Shown here piece by piece: positions 1 to 12,079 of a stretch of 64,000 nucleotides of DNA. A program made the position numbers and the translations under genes. Source of the stretch: Squalus acanthias (taxonomy: Eukaryota); contig CM059439.1 in assembly GCA_030390025.1 (NCBI GenBank), forward strand, positions 31,992,001 to 32,056,000, written 5' to 3'. Every line of letters begins with the position of its first letter. The first letter of the stretch is position 1. The notes beneath the pieces were generated by a model. That model had not been told where the DNA came from, made no database searches, and worked only from the letters and a program-made list of their open reading frames with translations.

Positions 1-960
1 GACTCGGGCCGTGACTGGGGTGGGGGTGGGCACGGTCTCGGGTCTTGACGGGGTGGGGGGTGGGCACGGACTCGGGTCTTGACGGGGGTGGGGGGTGGGC
101 ACGGTCTCGGGTCTTGACGGGGGTGGGGGGTGGGCACGGTCTCGGGTCTTGACGGGGTGGGGGGCGGGCACGGACTCGGGCCTTGATGGGGATGGGGGTG
201 GGCACGGACTCGGGTCTTGACGGGGGTGGGCACGGTCTCGGGTCTTGACGGGGTGGGGGGTGGGCACGGACTCAGGTCTTGACGGGGGTGGGGGGCAGGC
301 ACGGACTCGGGCCTTGATGGGGATGGGGGTGGGCACGGACTCGGGCCTTGATGGGGATGGGGGTGGGCACGGACTCGGTGCCGTGACGGGGGTGGGGGTG
401 GGGGTGGGCACGGACTCGGGTCTTGACGGGCGTGGGGGCAGGCACGGACTCGGGCCTTGATGGGGATGGGGGTGGGCACGGACTCGGGCCTTGACGGGGG
501 CGGGTCGGGCAGGGACTTGGCCGTGACGGGGGCGGGCACGGACTCGGGTCTTGACGGGGCTGAGGGTGAGGTCGGGTAGGGACTCAGCCGTGACAGGGTG
601 GGGGCAGGCACAGACTCGGGCCGTGACGGGGGTGGGGGGTGGGCACGGTCTCGGGTCTTGACAGGGTGGGGGGTGGGCACGGACTCGGGTCTTGACGGGG
701 GTGGGGGGCAGGCACGGACTCGGGCCTTGATGGGGATGGGGGTGGGCACGGACTCGGGCCGTGATGGGGATGGGGGTGGGCACGGACTCGGGCCGTGATG
801 GGGCTGAGGATGAGGTCGGGCAGGGATTCAGCCATGACAGGGCGGGGGCAGGCACGGACTCGGGTCTTGACGGGGCTGAGGGTGAGGTCGGGTAGGGACT
901 CAGCTGTGACAGGGTGGGGGCAGGCACAGACTCGGGCCGTGACGGGGGTGGGCACGGACC
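1..960 (+). repeat. G-rich minisatellite, ~33-34 bp unit (GGGGTGGGGGTGGGCACGGACTCGGGTCTTGAC and variants), continuing past the left edge
   Basis: The core GGCACGGACTCGGG(T/C)C(T/G)TGA recurs directly, separated by G-tracts. A higher-order block at ~541-630 recurs at ~857-945. Confidence 0.95.
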
Positions 961-1894
961 ATTGCAGGGTGGGGGCAGGCACCGACTTGGGTTTATAACA
1001 GGGGGACGCAGGCACAGATTCAGGCTTTAAGGTCCTGGGAATGGTCATTCTGTCCAGGGTGAAATGGTGGGTGCAGTGGGCTGGCCTCATTCACTTGTTC
1101 GAACAATGAATCTCCAAAAAACCTACCCATTAATTGCAGAAGTTAACTGCGATTAATTCACTGCCCTAGTACCCACTACAAAAAGTTACAGCTAGAAATT
1201 ACATTAGAAAAACTACAAAAGAGACGGTGTAGCTGAGAGTGATTATAAAACAGTGATCTAATCGACACCTCAGATGATGTCATAGACCAGAAGAGCAAAG
1301 CCTAGCTTATTTATAACTGTTATCTGAACTCTGAGAAGAGATTCCATTGAAATCATTCCATAATGGTCATGATGTTGTGGCATTTTTTAAAGTTTACACT
1401 GTGAGTTTGATGGTGGTGTCTTTATTCTGTTTTGGGATAGCCTTTGTTGACAGTGTAGATGGCAATGGCTAGAGCACTCTGCGGAGTTGCTTACAAAGAA
1501 CTTTTATGATTTATTGAATATACGTTTTTAAAAGAACAAAACTACAAGTAAATATAAATATAAGAGCACTATAAAGATTAGACAAAATCATAGCTACAAA
1601 AGTGTTGATATTGAAAGTATAGGTACTAGTGCAACAACTATTAGTGCATCACTTCCTCCCATTCCAAATAAATAGGCAAAAAGTTACTCAACTTAACATT
1701 AAGTTTGCTTATTAAACACTTGCAATGGAAAATTCAGGAATGCGGAAAACACTGAAAGATTACAACTTCAAAGCATATGTTTGGATATTTTTTTCAAAAT
1801 ATGCCACTTTAATTCCAACCCGTCCTTCCAAAAAAAGCAGCTTTTTTCCCAAATCAATATTAAAAAGTTGCGTTATCAGTCAACATAACCTTAC

Positions 1895-1937
1895 CATTCA
1901 GCCTTGCTTGCCTGTTGGACCTTACTCGCAAAAATGT
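1895..1937 (-). CDS. RNF220: RNF220 internal coding exon (43 nt, ~human exon 6): TFLRVRSNRQARLN+1 nt
   Basis: Minus strand reads gtttttctttag|ACATTTTTGCGAGTAAGGTCCAACAGGCAAGCAAGGCTGAATG|gtaagg. It matches human RNF220 TFLRVRANRQTRLN, and its phase-0 start fits the preceding exon. Confidence 0.93.
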
Positions 1938-2312
1938 CTAAAGAAAAACAGAAAAGAAAGGTGAAAAATAAACAAGAGGCACTCAAACTGTCAGATTCTG
2001 CTTAAATATCTGTGAAAAATCTGCATGAAGCAGCTAGATTGCAGTGGATTCTCTCATTGCCTAACTGCACAGGATGTAAACAAAACCTACTTCCTCCTTG
2101 CCATTGGTCTGTTCTGTATCCTCCATTACTGCTGGGTCCATAGCAGGATTAAAATGGGAGAACCTGTCAATATTACTTGGCATGAATGTAGCAGCTGGGA
2201 ACTTTACACCTTTATAATCCGATCCGGGCAGGTCACAGAAACAGAGAGGATGTCATTAGATTCAAACCAAGAGGCTGCATCGTGTTCAGCTTACACCAGG
2301 CCTTGGAAACAG

Positions 2313-2465
2313 TCGGGTCACATGACCGCCAGCGAAAGGTGAAAGTGCAAAGTACACGGCGCACATGCGCCGATTGGCCGATAGGTGGCAGCAGACTAGC
2401 ATTGAAGCGTACTGCCTGAATTCCACCCTGCAGTCTGAACCAAAGCTTCTTCGGCACCGGTCGCT
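2313..2465. promoter_or_regulatory. CpG-rich promoter-like motif cluster (E-box/CLEAR-like, NRF1-like, CCAAT, CTCF-like)
   Basis: GGTCACATGACC at 2316-2327, GCGCACATGCGC at 2359-2370, GATTGG at 2372-2377 and CCGATAGGTGGCAGC at 2378-2392, with local CpG enrichment inside an AT-rich intron. Confidence 0.5.
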
Positions 2466-3007
2466 GCTTTTTGTAACGGACCATTCATTCCTTAAATAAT
2501 TACACAAAATTGATTTAAAAATATTTATATGCATTCAAATCACAAAGTTCATTTTTGACCAGTTTTACAAATAATGGAAAAAATTGGATTCACTTTTTAG
2601 AGGAGTGCTTTGGACTGAAAATTCCTTAGTGAAGTGATAGCACTCATTGGAACTGGGGAAGAGGACAGCTAATATGTCAGTGGGCAATAAGTAGCTATTA
2701 AAGTGACAAGACTTTTTTTTAAATAGAAAGAAAGATGAACTAGTTTTCTATTTTTTTTTTACATATATACTAATATTACTCTGAGTAAGTTACAAGATTC
2801 AATTCAGGAAGTTTAGATGATGTTACACATTGCTCCAGTGGGTCGTAAAAGTTTTCTAAACCACTTCAGATAGCAACATATACGAATTATTTTTTAAATA
2901 ACTTCTTAATCATTTTGTGGGCAGGCACTCCAGCAAAGGTTGCAAGGTTGTGATGACAATGTTGAATGGAAGGTACAGCTATGTATCATGACCTGTGACA
3001 GTTTTTT

Positions 3008-4436
3008 AAATTCATTTACAGGATGTGGGCGTCGCTGGCAAGGCCAGCATTTATTGCCCGTCCCTAATTGCCCTCGAGAAGGTGGTGGTGAGCTGCCTTC
3101 TTGAACCGCTGCAGTCCGTGTGGTGAAGGTACTCCCACAGTGCTGCTGGTAGGGAGTGCCAGGATTTTGACACAGCGATGATGAAGGAACAGCGATATAT
3201 TTCCAAGTCAGGGTGGTGTGTGACTTGGAGGTGAACTTGCAGGTAATGGTGTTCCCATGCGCCTGCTGCCCTTGTCCTTCTAGGTAGTAGAGGTCGCGGG
3301 TTTGGGAGGTGCTGTCAAAGAAGCCTAGGTGAGTTGCTGCAATGCATTTTGTAGATGGTACACACTGCAGCCACGGTGCGCCGGTGGTGGAGGGAGTGAA
3401 TGTTTAAGGTGGTGGATGGGGTGCCAATCAATCGGGCTGCTTTGTCCTGGATGATGTCGAGCTCATCCAGGTAAGTGGAGAGTATTCCATCACACTCCTG
3501 ACTTGTGCCTCGCAGATGGTGGAAAGGTTTTGAGGAGTCAGGAGGTGAGACACTCGCCGCCGAATACCCAGCCTCTGACATGCTCTTGTAGCCACAATAT
3601 TTATGTGGCTGGTCCAGTTAAATTTCTGGTCAATGGTGACCCCCAGGATGTTGATGGTGGGGGATTCGATGATGGTAATGTCATTGCATGTCAAGGGTTA
3701 GACTTTCTCTTGTTGGAGATGGTCATTGCCTGGCACTTGTGTAGCACGAATATTACTTGAATGTTGTCCAGATCTTGCTGGATGCGGGCACGGACTGCTT
3801 CATTATCTGAGAAGTTGTGAATGGAACTGAACACTGTGCAATCATCAGCAAACATCCCCACTTCTGACCTTATGATGGAGGGATGGTCATTAATGAAAAT
3901 GGTGGGGCCTAGGACACTGCCCTGAGGAACTCCTGCAGCGATGTCCTGGGGCTGAGATGATTGGCCTCCAACAACCACAACCATCTTCCTTTGTGCTAGG
4001 TATGACTCCAGCCAGTGGAGAGTTTTCCACCTGATTCCCATTGACTTCAATTTTACTGGGGCTCCTTGATGCCAGACTCAGTCAAATGCTTGATGTCAAG
4101 GGCAGTCACTCTCACCTCATCTCTGGAATTCAGCTCTTTTGTCCATGTTTGGATCAAGGCTGCAATGAGATCTGGAGCCGAGTGGTCCTGGCGGAACCCA
4201 AACTGAGCATCGGTAAGCAGGTTATTGGTGACTAAGTGCCGCTTGATAGCACTGTCGACGATATCTTCCATCACTTTGCTGATGATTGAGAGTAAACTAA
4301 TGGGGCGGTAATTGGTTGGATTGGATTTGTCCTGCTTTTTGTGGATAGGATGTACCTAGGCAATTTTTCAATTTGTCGGGTAGATGCCAGTGTTGTAGCT
4401 GTACTGGAACAGTTTGGCTAGAGGTGCGGCTAGTTC
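3008..4436 (-). mobile_element. 5'-truncated non-LTR retrotransposon (CR1/L2 group), RT region to 3' end, frameshifted
   Basis: Minus-strand ORF pieces QFGFRQDHSAPDLI, AGVPQGSVLGPTIF, MFADDC and AQVRSVMEYSPLTW. The 3' UTR is shared with the copy at 34606-35285. Confidence 0.92.
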
Positions 4437-4639
4437 TTCCGCACTACCTGAACCTGAAGAATAATGGCTTTGCATCAATGTGAAGGTATTCCAAGGCTGG
4501 GAATGGCTTTCCATGTTATATACTACTTAGCATAAACTACTGTAATTGTTTTGCAGGCATACCTGTAAAATCACAAATTCAGCAGCATATGCCCATGGTG
4601 GCAGAGAGAGAATACCCACAAGCATCAGTGCTTTTTTTT

Positions 4640-4710
4640 GTTTGTTCTCAGGATGTTGGCAAGGCCACATTTATTGACCATCCCTAGTTGCTCTGAGAAG
4701 GTGTTGGGGC
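4640..4710 (-). mobile_element. Short 3'-end fragment of the same LINE family
   Basis: caggatgttggcaaggccacatttattgaccatccctagttg resembles 3018-3080. Confidence 0.6.
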
Positions 4711-5179
4711 TTCTTAGTAGCAACTGAACAGCAGATAATTATTATTTTTGCCTGATAATGGACAATTGGGCAACATTTCAACATATATGGTATTGAAGTA
4801 TAATAAGAAAGTAAAAAATAAAGAAATTAAGAGTTATTCGTTTTGGATCACAGTTCTATTAAGTAAACTCATGTTGGATCAGCCTGAAGAATAAACTTGT
4901 TAAAAGTGAAGAACGATGCAAAAATAAAGTTGCAGACAACCGGTGAGCTTAACGCGGAGTCAACAGTTCCTCATGGAGAGAAGATTCTTAGGCATTGTGT
5001 CTCTTCTGCATGTGAGAGGTTAATGATAGCACAACACAGTAAAACACACATTTTCATCAACTGCAGGAGAACGTCAATTATCCAAACTATTTATAATTAG
5101 AAGTAGTGAGGATCCAATAATTCACTTGCTGAGATACTCAAACACCAATTAGGCCACGTAGGCTTTTTCTTTCACTGTG

Positions 5180-5672
5180 TAGAAATATAGAATCATACAG
5201 TACAGAAGGAGGCCATTCGGCCCATCGTGCCTGTGCCGGCTCTTTGAAAGAGCTATCCAATTAGTCCCACACCCCTGCTCTTTCCCCATAGCCCTGCAAA
5301 TTTCAAGTATTTATCCGATTCCCTTTTGAAAGTTATTATTGAATCTGCTTTCAATCATTGCATTCCAGATCACAACAACTTGCTGTGTAAAAAAAAAAAA
5401 TTCTACTCATCTCCCCTCTGGTTCTTTTACTAATTATCTTAAATCTGTGCCCTCTGGTTACTAACCCTCCTGCCAGTGGAAACAGTTTCCCCTTATTTAC
5501 TCTATTAAAGCCCCATATAATTTTTAACACCTCTATTAAATCTCCCCTTAACCTTCTCTGCCCTAAGGAGAACAAATCCAGATTTTCTAGTCTCTCCACA
5601 TAACTGAAGCCCTTCAACCCTGGTACCATTCTGGTAAGTATCGTCTGCACCCTCTCCAAGACCTTGACATCC
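5180..5672 (-). mobile_element. CR1 LINE 3' fragment
   Basis: ORF ERVQ..TRMVPGLKGFSYVERLENLDLFSLGQRRLRGDLIEVLKI is a CR1 ORF2 C-terminus. The reverse complement of the CR1 ATTCTAT tail is at the left end. Confidence 0.9.
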
Positions 5673-8129
5673 TATTGTACTTTTCACTGTAATTTAACAA
5701 TTACTTGTATCCACGATCCTAGTAATTTATAGTATACTATGTTCCAGTAAATCCTGTTTAGTGACCTTATTATCAAGAGTACCTCCACCATAATGCTGCA
5801 ATAAGAAAATGCCTGGCTGTCAGATCTTCCAACTCATCCACATTTTACGCTGACACCCACATTCATGAACAATCACACTACTGTCATCTGTGACCTAAAT
5901 GATTCAGAATTATGCGGTTAACAGACAATGGTATGCACGTTTGTATGTGTGATTGTTGTGGAATAGAGTTGCCACTCATGAAATGCCATTGAGTTAGAAA
6001 TTCTGACTATATCCAGTCACATGGCAAAAACACAGCAGCAGCACCTTCAGAGAAGTAATGGCAGCCTCAATATGATGACGTGAGAGACAGAAATCTCCCA
6101 GTTACACAAAATTCAGAAAATAAGGCATATTTCACAAAATAAAACAACTGTAACAAGCTTCAACGTGTTCCTGGAATTTCCGATGAAGTTATGAACAGTG
6201 AGAGAGAAGAACACAAGAAGGTAGAAAAAAGAAAAGATCATTCAACCCGTCTAGTTTACCATTTTAACTCGATGTTCAGGATCTGGTCAGATAGATTATC
6301 TCTTCCTCATATCCTGCGACTGATGCTCTATTCAGGAATGTGTCAATTTCTTTTTTTTTTTAAATACTTCAACATAATCCACATTCACTTTGTTACTTGA
6401 TAGTCTGTTCTATACGTTAAAAGTGCAAAGTGCTTACTCCTTAAATGACATTTAGGTTTTGGCTACATTAGTTTACATTCAAGCCTCAGTTTCTATTTTG
6501 ATTCAATGCAAATAGCTTCGCAACATCCCCTCTTCCCCCCCCCCCGCAACTGTTCCCCTCGTGATTTTCAAAATGTTGGCCATGATCTCTTCCCATTCTC
6601 ACCATGGTTTTCTTTTTTCCAATGAGAATATATTTAATTTTCTCAGCCTGTCTCCATAGCTTTAAAACATAGTATAATCCTTGCTGTCCTTCCTTGACTC
6701 TTTCTATAAATGAAGTAACCAAAGGAACACAGCTCAGACACAAAGAGATTGAAATTTCTCCCCTCACTTTTAGCAAAAAATTGTCATGAGTGGAAAACAG
6801 GATTTCCCACTTTGTACTCGCATCGACTCTCCAGTAAAACCTTGGACAGAAGGAATTTCTCCCTCAAGGTCTGGTTTCAGGAATGAATGACAGTGCCAGT
6901 ATTAATTACCTATTTCTTCTGTTATACATTTACATTACACTCCAACACATGTTTTACACTCTATGTTAGATCATCTTCTTCAATAAAAACAAAGCAAAGG
7001 ATTCCACATTAAGAGATTGACACTTTACTGAATTTAGAATCACGGAAGAATGCAAGTGCAATAACATAGAAAAAAATAAAAACACATTTTTGCAAAATTA
7101 AACACTTTCTAAATTACTGTAATTAGGCAATACAATACAGAGTTACGCCCCTTAGGTTGACTATCCTCGTTTTGGGTGGGAAATTGGCCGGGGGGGGGGA
7201 GGTAAACGGGGTCGCTTTGGGTCAAGGTGGCTGCATGATGAGATCTCTTTGGTGTTGAGGTAACTCCCAGATGATCTGCCCAGCAATGGAAGTTCGGAAC
7301 CAAATTAAACCCCTGGGGCACACACAGTAAGCTTGATATTAAGTCAGGCAGGCCCATAGTACTTCAGGGCAGTTGATAATTGACCAGCCAATCCAGCTCA
7401 TTAATGGACCCTGGAGGGGTAGACCTGTCACTGGGCCTGGGATTCTTTTCACTCCGCTCCAGATAACTTTTCAAACCAATAGTGAAGCAGCAGGAAGCTG
7501 GTAGGCTGTATGGGTTTTAGTTGGTTAAACTCCAGCGGTACCCATGTGCACACTTGGAGGTCTCTCAGCCCTGGCTTTACCAACCTTCGCCTAAAATCTT
7601 TGAGCTTAGTTAAGTCAGGTTTGTGTACTCCATATAAGGAAACAGAATCTATATATCTCTGCATTTCTCAGTAGCGTGGTCTGGAGACTTTTAAACATGG
7701 TGATGGGTTTCCGTACAGGTCAGACACACAGCAAAAGGAAAAAATGCTTCTTCGCAACATTGAGCTCATTTTTTTTAAGCGTTCATGACATGCAACAGGG
7801 ACGAATAAATCTGTACACAAAGGATAGAGACAAACATTTACTCAAAATCTTGATTGCAAAAAATGGGCAAAGTATGTTAAACTTACTGTTACAATCATAA
7901 TTTTTGAAATCAAACAGAAGAATTAGCATTTAGTGATGTTCCAGCCTCATACTGTGAGGCATTTTATTTTCTCATTTTTATTTGACAGCTAAAACTGTTC
8001 AGATAAAAATGTACATAGTTCACACATTGTGAAAGTGCTAAAATTAGACATGTAGAACAGCTTCTGTGCCCACCAAAATAATCCACTTGATGGTCATTAT
8101 TTGTGCTGATTATTATTTTTTTTTCAGTG

Positions 8130-8510
8130 TTCCTCCAATGACTGAGCTGGCGAATGCACCATCTGGAACGGTACTGGGCCATACAGAACATGGTTTGAGC
8201 TGAGTTAACTGATATGAGCTGTGGCAACAGTAGGTGCACTGTAATTGGTCTCAGAACTCTTGAGCTATGGAAAGGTAAATCAACCCAGGTTCCTGGTCTT
8301 GATCATTATCCAGCGTCTGGAAAGTGCGTGTGTGCGAACTCCAGCTGAGAACAGATCAGGTTTGACTATGATGGTCCCTGTGATTGAATAGCTTGCTAAA
8401 ACTCACCTCCCGAGTTAACAAATGAATAGTTCCTTGTTCAAGATAATGGAGAGCTATATTGATGCCTGAGGAAACATACTTCAGCATAAGTTAAAGCCTT
8501 AGAAGAGAAG
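8130..8510 (+). mobile_element. Old tRNA-derived SINE-like repeat (related copies at ~18195-18340 and 24495-24870)
   Basis: Shared blocks such as gagttaactgat, ggttcctggtcttgatcattatccagc and gaatagcttgc..actcac recur at the three positions. Confidence 0.5.
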
Positions 8511-9180
8511 AAATTGGAAAATAAATGTTTAAAGATTATTTTGTTTTTAAACTAGCTTTATGCTCTAATTAAAATCATGAAAACTTTGGTTATTTGATAT
8601 CCGGAGCCTGCCTACGTTAAAGCACTTTGGTTTAATTATAATAGCTCTTTTTATTGACCTGCTCTTCTTAAGCTTATAGGGCTTTTATGTCAGCTCAACT
8701 GGGCTTTCCCGTAATGTCTTTATTAGAATAACTTTTTTTTTTACAGTTGATTAATAAGATTGCAACAAAAAATAGGAAAGATGCTACGTGTAACCATTCC
8801 AGAAATTCCTTCAGTTAAAAGGATCTTAGTTAGGCTGCAAAACTCCTTTATTTTTCTTCTTTTGCTTCCCCCTAGGGCGGCCAAGGATACCCATTCCCCA
8901 AGTCCTCAATGTTGCTATCAAGTTAGCCATTGGCTCAAAGCAGCAGAGGATGATTGATGTAACGGATACTATTTTTCCCAAACCCCTACCTATGATGGCA
9001 TGGGCCAGCTGATAATCTCACTGCAAGTGGAATCATGAGGCCAAATCCATATCCAACTGTGCCATAGCACATCCTGTTGAGGCACCAAAATGAATGATCC
9101 CCCTGGAGTCGCCTGATCTTTATCCAGCTAATTTTTTCCACAGAGTGAGACATTCTGTGTCTGCGATCCTTGGCACTTAC

Positions 9181-9222
9181 GCTCTCGCAGACACATCTCT
9201 GAAAAGGTTACCATCGCCAGCT
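9181..9222 (-). other. Candidate cryptic or alternative RNF220 exon (42 nt with in-frame TAA, or 18 nt in-frame from an inner acceptor)
   Basis: A T/C polypyrimidine tract plus aag precedes AGCTGGCGATGGTAACCTTTTCAGAGATGTGTCTGCGAGAGC, which is followed by gtaagt. Confidence 0.35.
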
Positions 9223-9412
9223 CTTGGGGGGGAAAAAAAAATCAAATGAGAAACTAAAACTAAATGAAAGCTAATAACATGCCTACAACTCACATACCGA
9301 GAAAATTGTGTTTTTTTTGGGGGATGACATTATGAACAGTTTCACAAACGCTTTTGCTAGAATATATTTATCCAATAATGGAATTCTACCACTAAAAACA
9401 TGCCATTTTTTT

Positions 9413-9515
9413 CCCAGTTCTGACGAAAGGTCATCGACCTGAAACGTTAACTCTGTTTCTCTCACCACAGATGCTGCCTGACCTGCTGAATATTTCCAGC
9501 ATGTTCTGTTTTTAT
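9413..9515 (+). mobile_element. Short Penelope-derived (pseudo-LTR-type) element flanked by a 13-bp target-site duplication
   Basis: ATGCCATTTTTTT occurs at 9400-9412 and 9516-9528. The body is homologous to the arms of the 60794-60983 palindrome. Confidence 0.8.
9416..9452 (+). ncRNA. Minimal type I hammerhead ribozyme motif (Penelope type)
   Basis: AGTT-CTGACGA-A-AGGTC-ATC-GACCT-GAAA-CGT-T-AACT gives the CUGANGA and GAAA cores, a 5-bp stem II, a palindromic ACGT stem III, a GUU triplet and stem I AGTT/AACT. Confidence 0.65.
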
Positions 9516-10127
9516 ATGCCATTTTTTTTAATGGCCTACCACTTTTAAGTAAAAGCTCCTGGAAAGTAGAAGAGCATGCCCTTCTACGAACTGGTTTAAT
9601 AACAAACCATTCATTTGTTACTAGTGATAGGAAATGACTTGCTTCAAGGGCACTGTTTGACTAACACGGTGAAGTTTCTGCAACATTTCAGGACAAATTA
9701 CATTATTTTGATAATTTTTTTTTGTTTTGGAAAAAATAATAATTGCCTGGGACTCATATTGGGGTCATTGCCCAGAATTCGGAGTACTCACCCCAGGGTC
9801 ACTTTCTCCTTTCATCATTACTCACTGTAAGACTTCGATTTTTAAAAGGGATCCTGCTAGTGAGAATTCCTATTTTAAATGGGCCTTGCTGATGAGATTT
9901 CCCATTTAAATGAAGTCCTGATTGAAAAGCGAGTCCTATTGGTGACACTCTCTATATAAATTACGTCCTGTTGATGAGATTCTTTTTGAAATGGTTTCCT
10001 GATAGTGATATCTCTCCCCCTTTAAAAGAATAAAAATAGTTGGAACATTGTCCAGATACGCATAAGAATCACTTTGCACCTGGGTTCTTACAACAGTCAA
10101 TGGATGCCGTTCTTCCCCCTTTCCCAC

Positions 10128-10223
10128 CTGGTATCTGTCTGAATGATGAGTGTCATCTGCAGAGAGAGGCGACGCTGTAGGAGATTCTCCTTCCCTTTTA
10201 ATTGGTGCTGATAGCAGAACAGA
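10128..10223 (-). CDS. RNF220: RNF220 internal coding exon (96 nt, ~human exon 5): SVLLSAPIKREGESPTASPLSADDTHHSDRYQ
   Basis: ttttcctctctctacag|TCTGTT...TACCAG|gtggga. It matches human SLLLSASIKREGESPTASPHSSATDDLHHSDRYQ and is phase 0-0. Confidence 0.95.
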
Positions 10224-10849
10224 CTGTAGAGAGAGGAAAAAATCCATCAAAAGAACATCAGTCGCAATACAACATTCAGTACTTATTGAATATGAAAAAC
10301 CCCATGTAAGACATTGGAAAATATTAATATTGTTGAAATACGATTACAGTTCATATTGTTAAAGGAGCACAGACACCAGTGCAACAAGATCCAAAGAATC
10401 CTGGCAACGTCCCAGAGCACAAGCTCTTCTCATCAACTCAAACCATTGTGCTGGGCACCTGCTTCTCCTCCTCAGAAGGAAGTGCCCACACTTCTGTGTA
10501 GTCGTTCTTCTTTTCTCATCACAGAAACTCTAACATTTCTCAGAGCTTTCATGAGAATTGCAACAATGCAACCCCAACCATTATAAATATGCTCAGGTTA
10601 ATCAGTTACGATGCCATGGTAACTAGCTTATCCTCTGGTCTACATCATTGGTTTTATTTCTCCTTTCTACCCACCTTCTCTTACTATGCTAACATTGCTA
10701 TGAAGCAGTTTCTGCTGTGCAGTGATGCTAAAGTTGTAATGTACACCATGGGAGTCAGAGCATGAGCCGAATCCAGTGAAACGCGGCGTGAAACTCCCTG
10801 AAGAAGGTAGTCTTCAATCCCTTTGGTTTGACACTACATGGAGTGTAAC

Positions 10850-11116
10850 AACAACAACGACTTGCATTTATATAGCACCTTTAACGTAGTAAAACGTCCC
10901 AAGACACTTCACAGGAACATTATCAAATAAAATGTGACATAAGGAGATTTTAGGACAGATGAGAGGTATGTTTTAAGGAGCGTCTTAAAGGAGGAGAGAG
11001 AGGTAGAGAGGCAGAAAGGTTCAGGGAGGGAATCCCAGAGATTAGGGCCTAGGCAGCTGAAGGCATGGCCGCCAATGGTGGAGTGATTACAATCGGGGAT
11101 GCGCAAGAGGCCGAAT
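10850..11116 (-). mobile_element. L2 LINE 3' end with 11-bp TSD
   Basis: ORF IGGHAFSCLGPNLWDSLP..LSSFKTLLKTYL and a (TTG)n tail. TGGAGTGTAAC is duplicated at 10839-10849 and 11117-11127. Confidence 0.9.
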
Positions 11117-12079
11117 TGGAGTGTAACTCAAGTGTGGTGTCAAACTGGTTTCAAAAAGTGATCAGGAAGTCGAGTGAACTGCCTGGACACTCTTTAAATC
11201 TATTTGGAGTTAATTTGAATAGTTTATAGAGCAGGGAGGATTGCTTCCTGTGCATGCTAAACTTTTAAATTTTAACTATTGAGAGAGGAACTCCGCTTAT
11301 GTTTATAACCACACATGCAACAGCTCTCTTGAGCAGGAGAATTGGGAATTCTAGCCAACCAATATAAACTGCTTGCCTGGTACTCGCACTGCAGCTACCT
11401 CTCTGCGATTGGTAGCTGCTGTATATTTGCAGAATTTAAGTATTTGTACTTTTGGCTGTTTCTCGTTTTTACAGCTTTCGTACTTTTGTCTCTCTGTGTC
11501 TATTTTTTGATTGTTGTTCTTTATTCTCATGCTATCACACAGCTTCCTTGCTGTTCAGCACTTCCCCAAATCAGTATGGTTGAAATTTGGAACTCAACAT
11601 TTGGGGAAATCTCGAGCGCAAGCAGAGTTCTACCGCTCAGTAACATAATGCGTTGGAGTTCCAAAGTGCTTCACAACCCTCATACCTTGATTAGTTTTAT
11701 CATCTATACTGTAACTGAACTGCGATAAATTACTGTTTCTCTAGAAAGGACCAAGGTATGAATGGTGTATTTCTAACTTGCCTCAGTTGAAATTAAGCTA
11801 AAGAGGCAACATTCAATGTGCCGGACACTCAGAACATGGATAATTGTTACACTGTACCGTGAAATGGGTCAGCATTCTGTTTAATAAGAGCAACTGGGAA
11901 ATAGCATTGTAACATTGAAAACCATGACTTGTGCCAGAACTATACCAGAAACAAATATGCATCTACTTGGAGTCACAATTAGCTGTATACAGCAATATAG
12001 TAACATATACAAAGTAATAATATTCCAGTGGCAGTCTATTATTTATTGATAAAGCACTTAGGGTGAGAATCATAATAAA

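Noticed and set aside
1-960. CRISPR-like repeat-spacer array
   Set aside because: The intervening segments are G-tract variants rather than unique spacers, the context is a eukaryotic intron, and there are no cas genes.
245-1090. Gly-rich and Pro-rich ORFs
   Set aside because: They are translations of the minisatellite, with no splice or coding context.
9936-10250. 104-aa ORF as a standalone gene
   Set aside because: Only 10128-10223 is exonic; the rest is intron read-through past clear splice sites.
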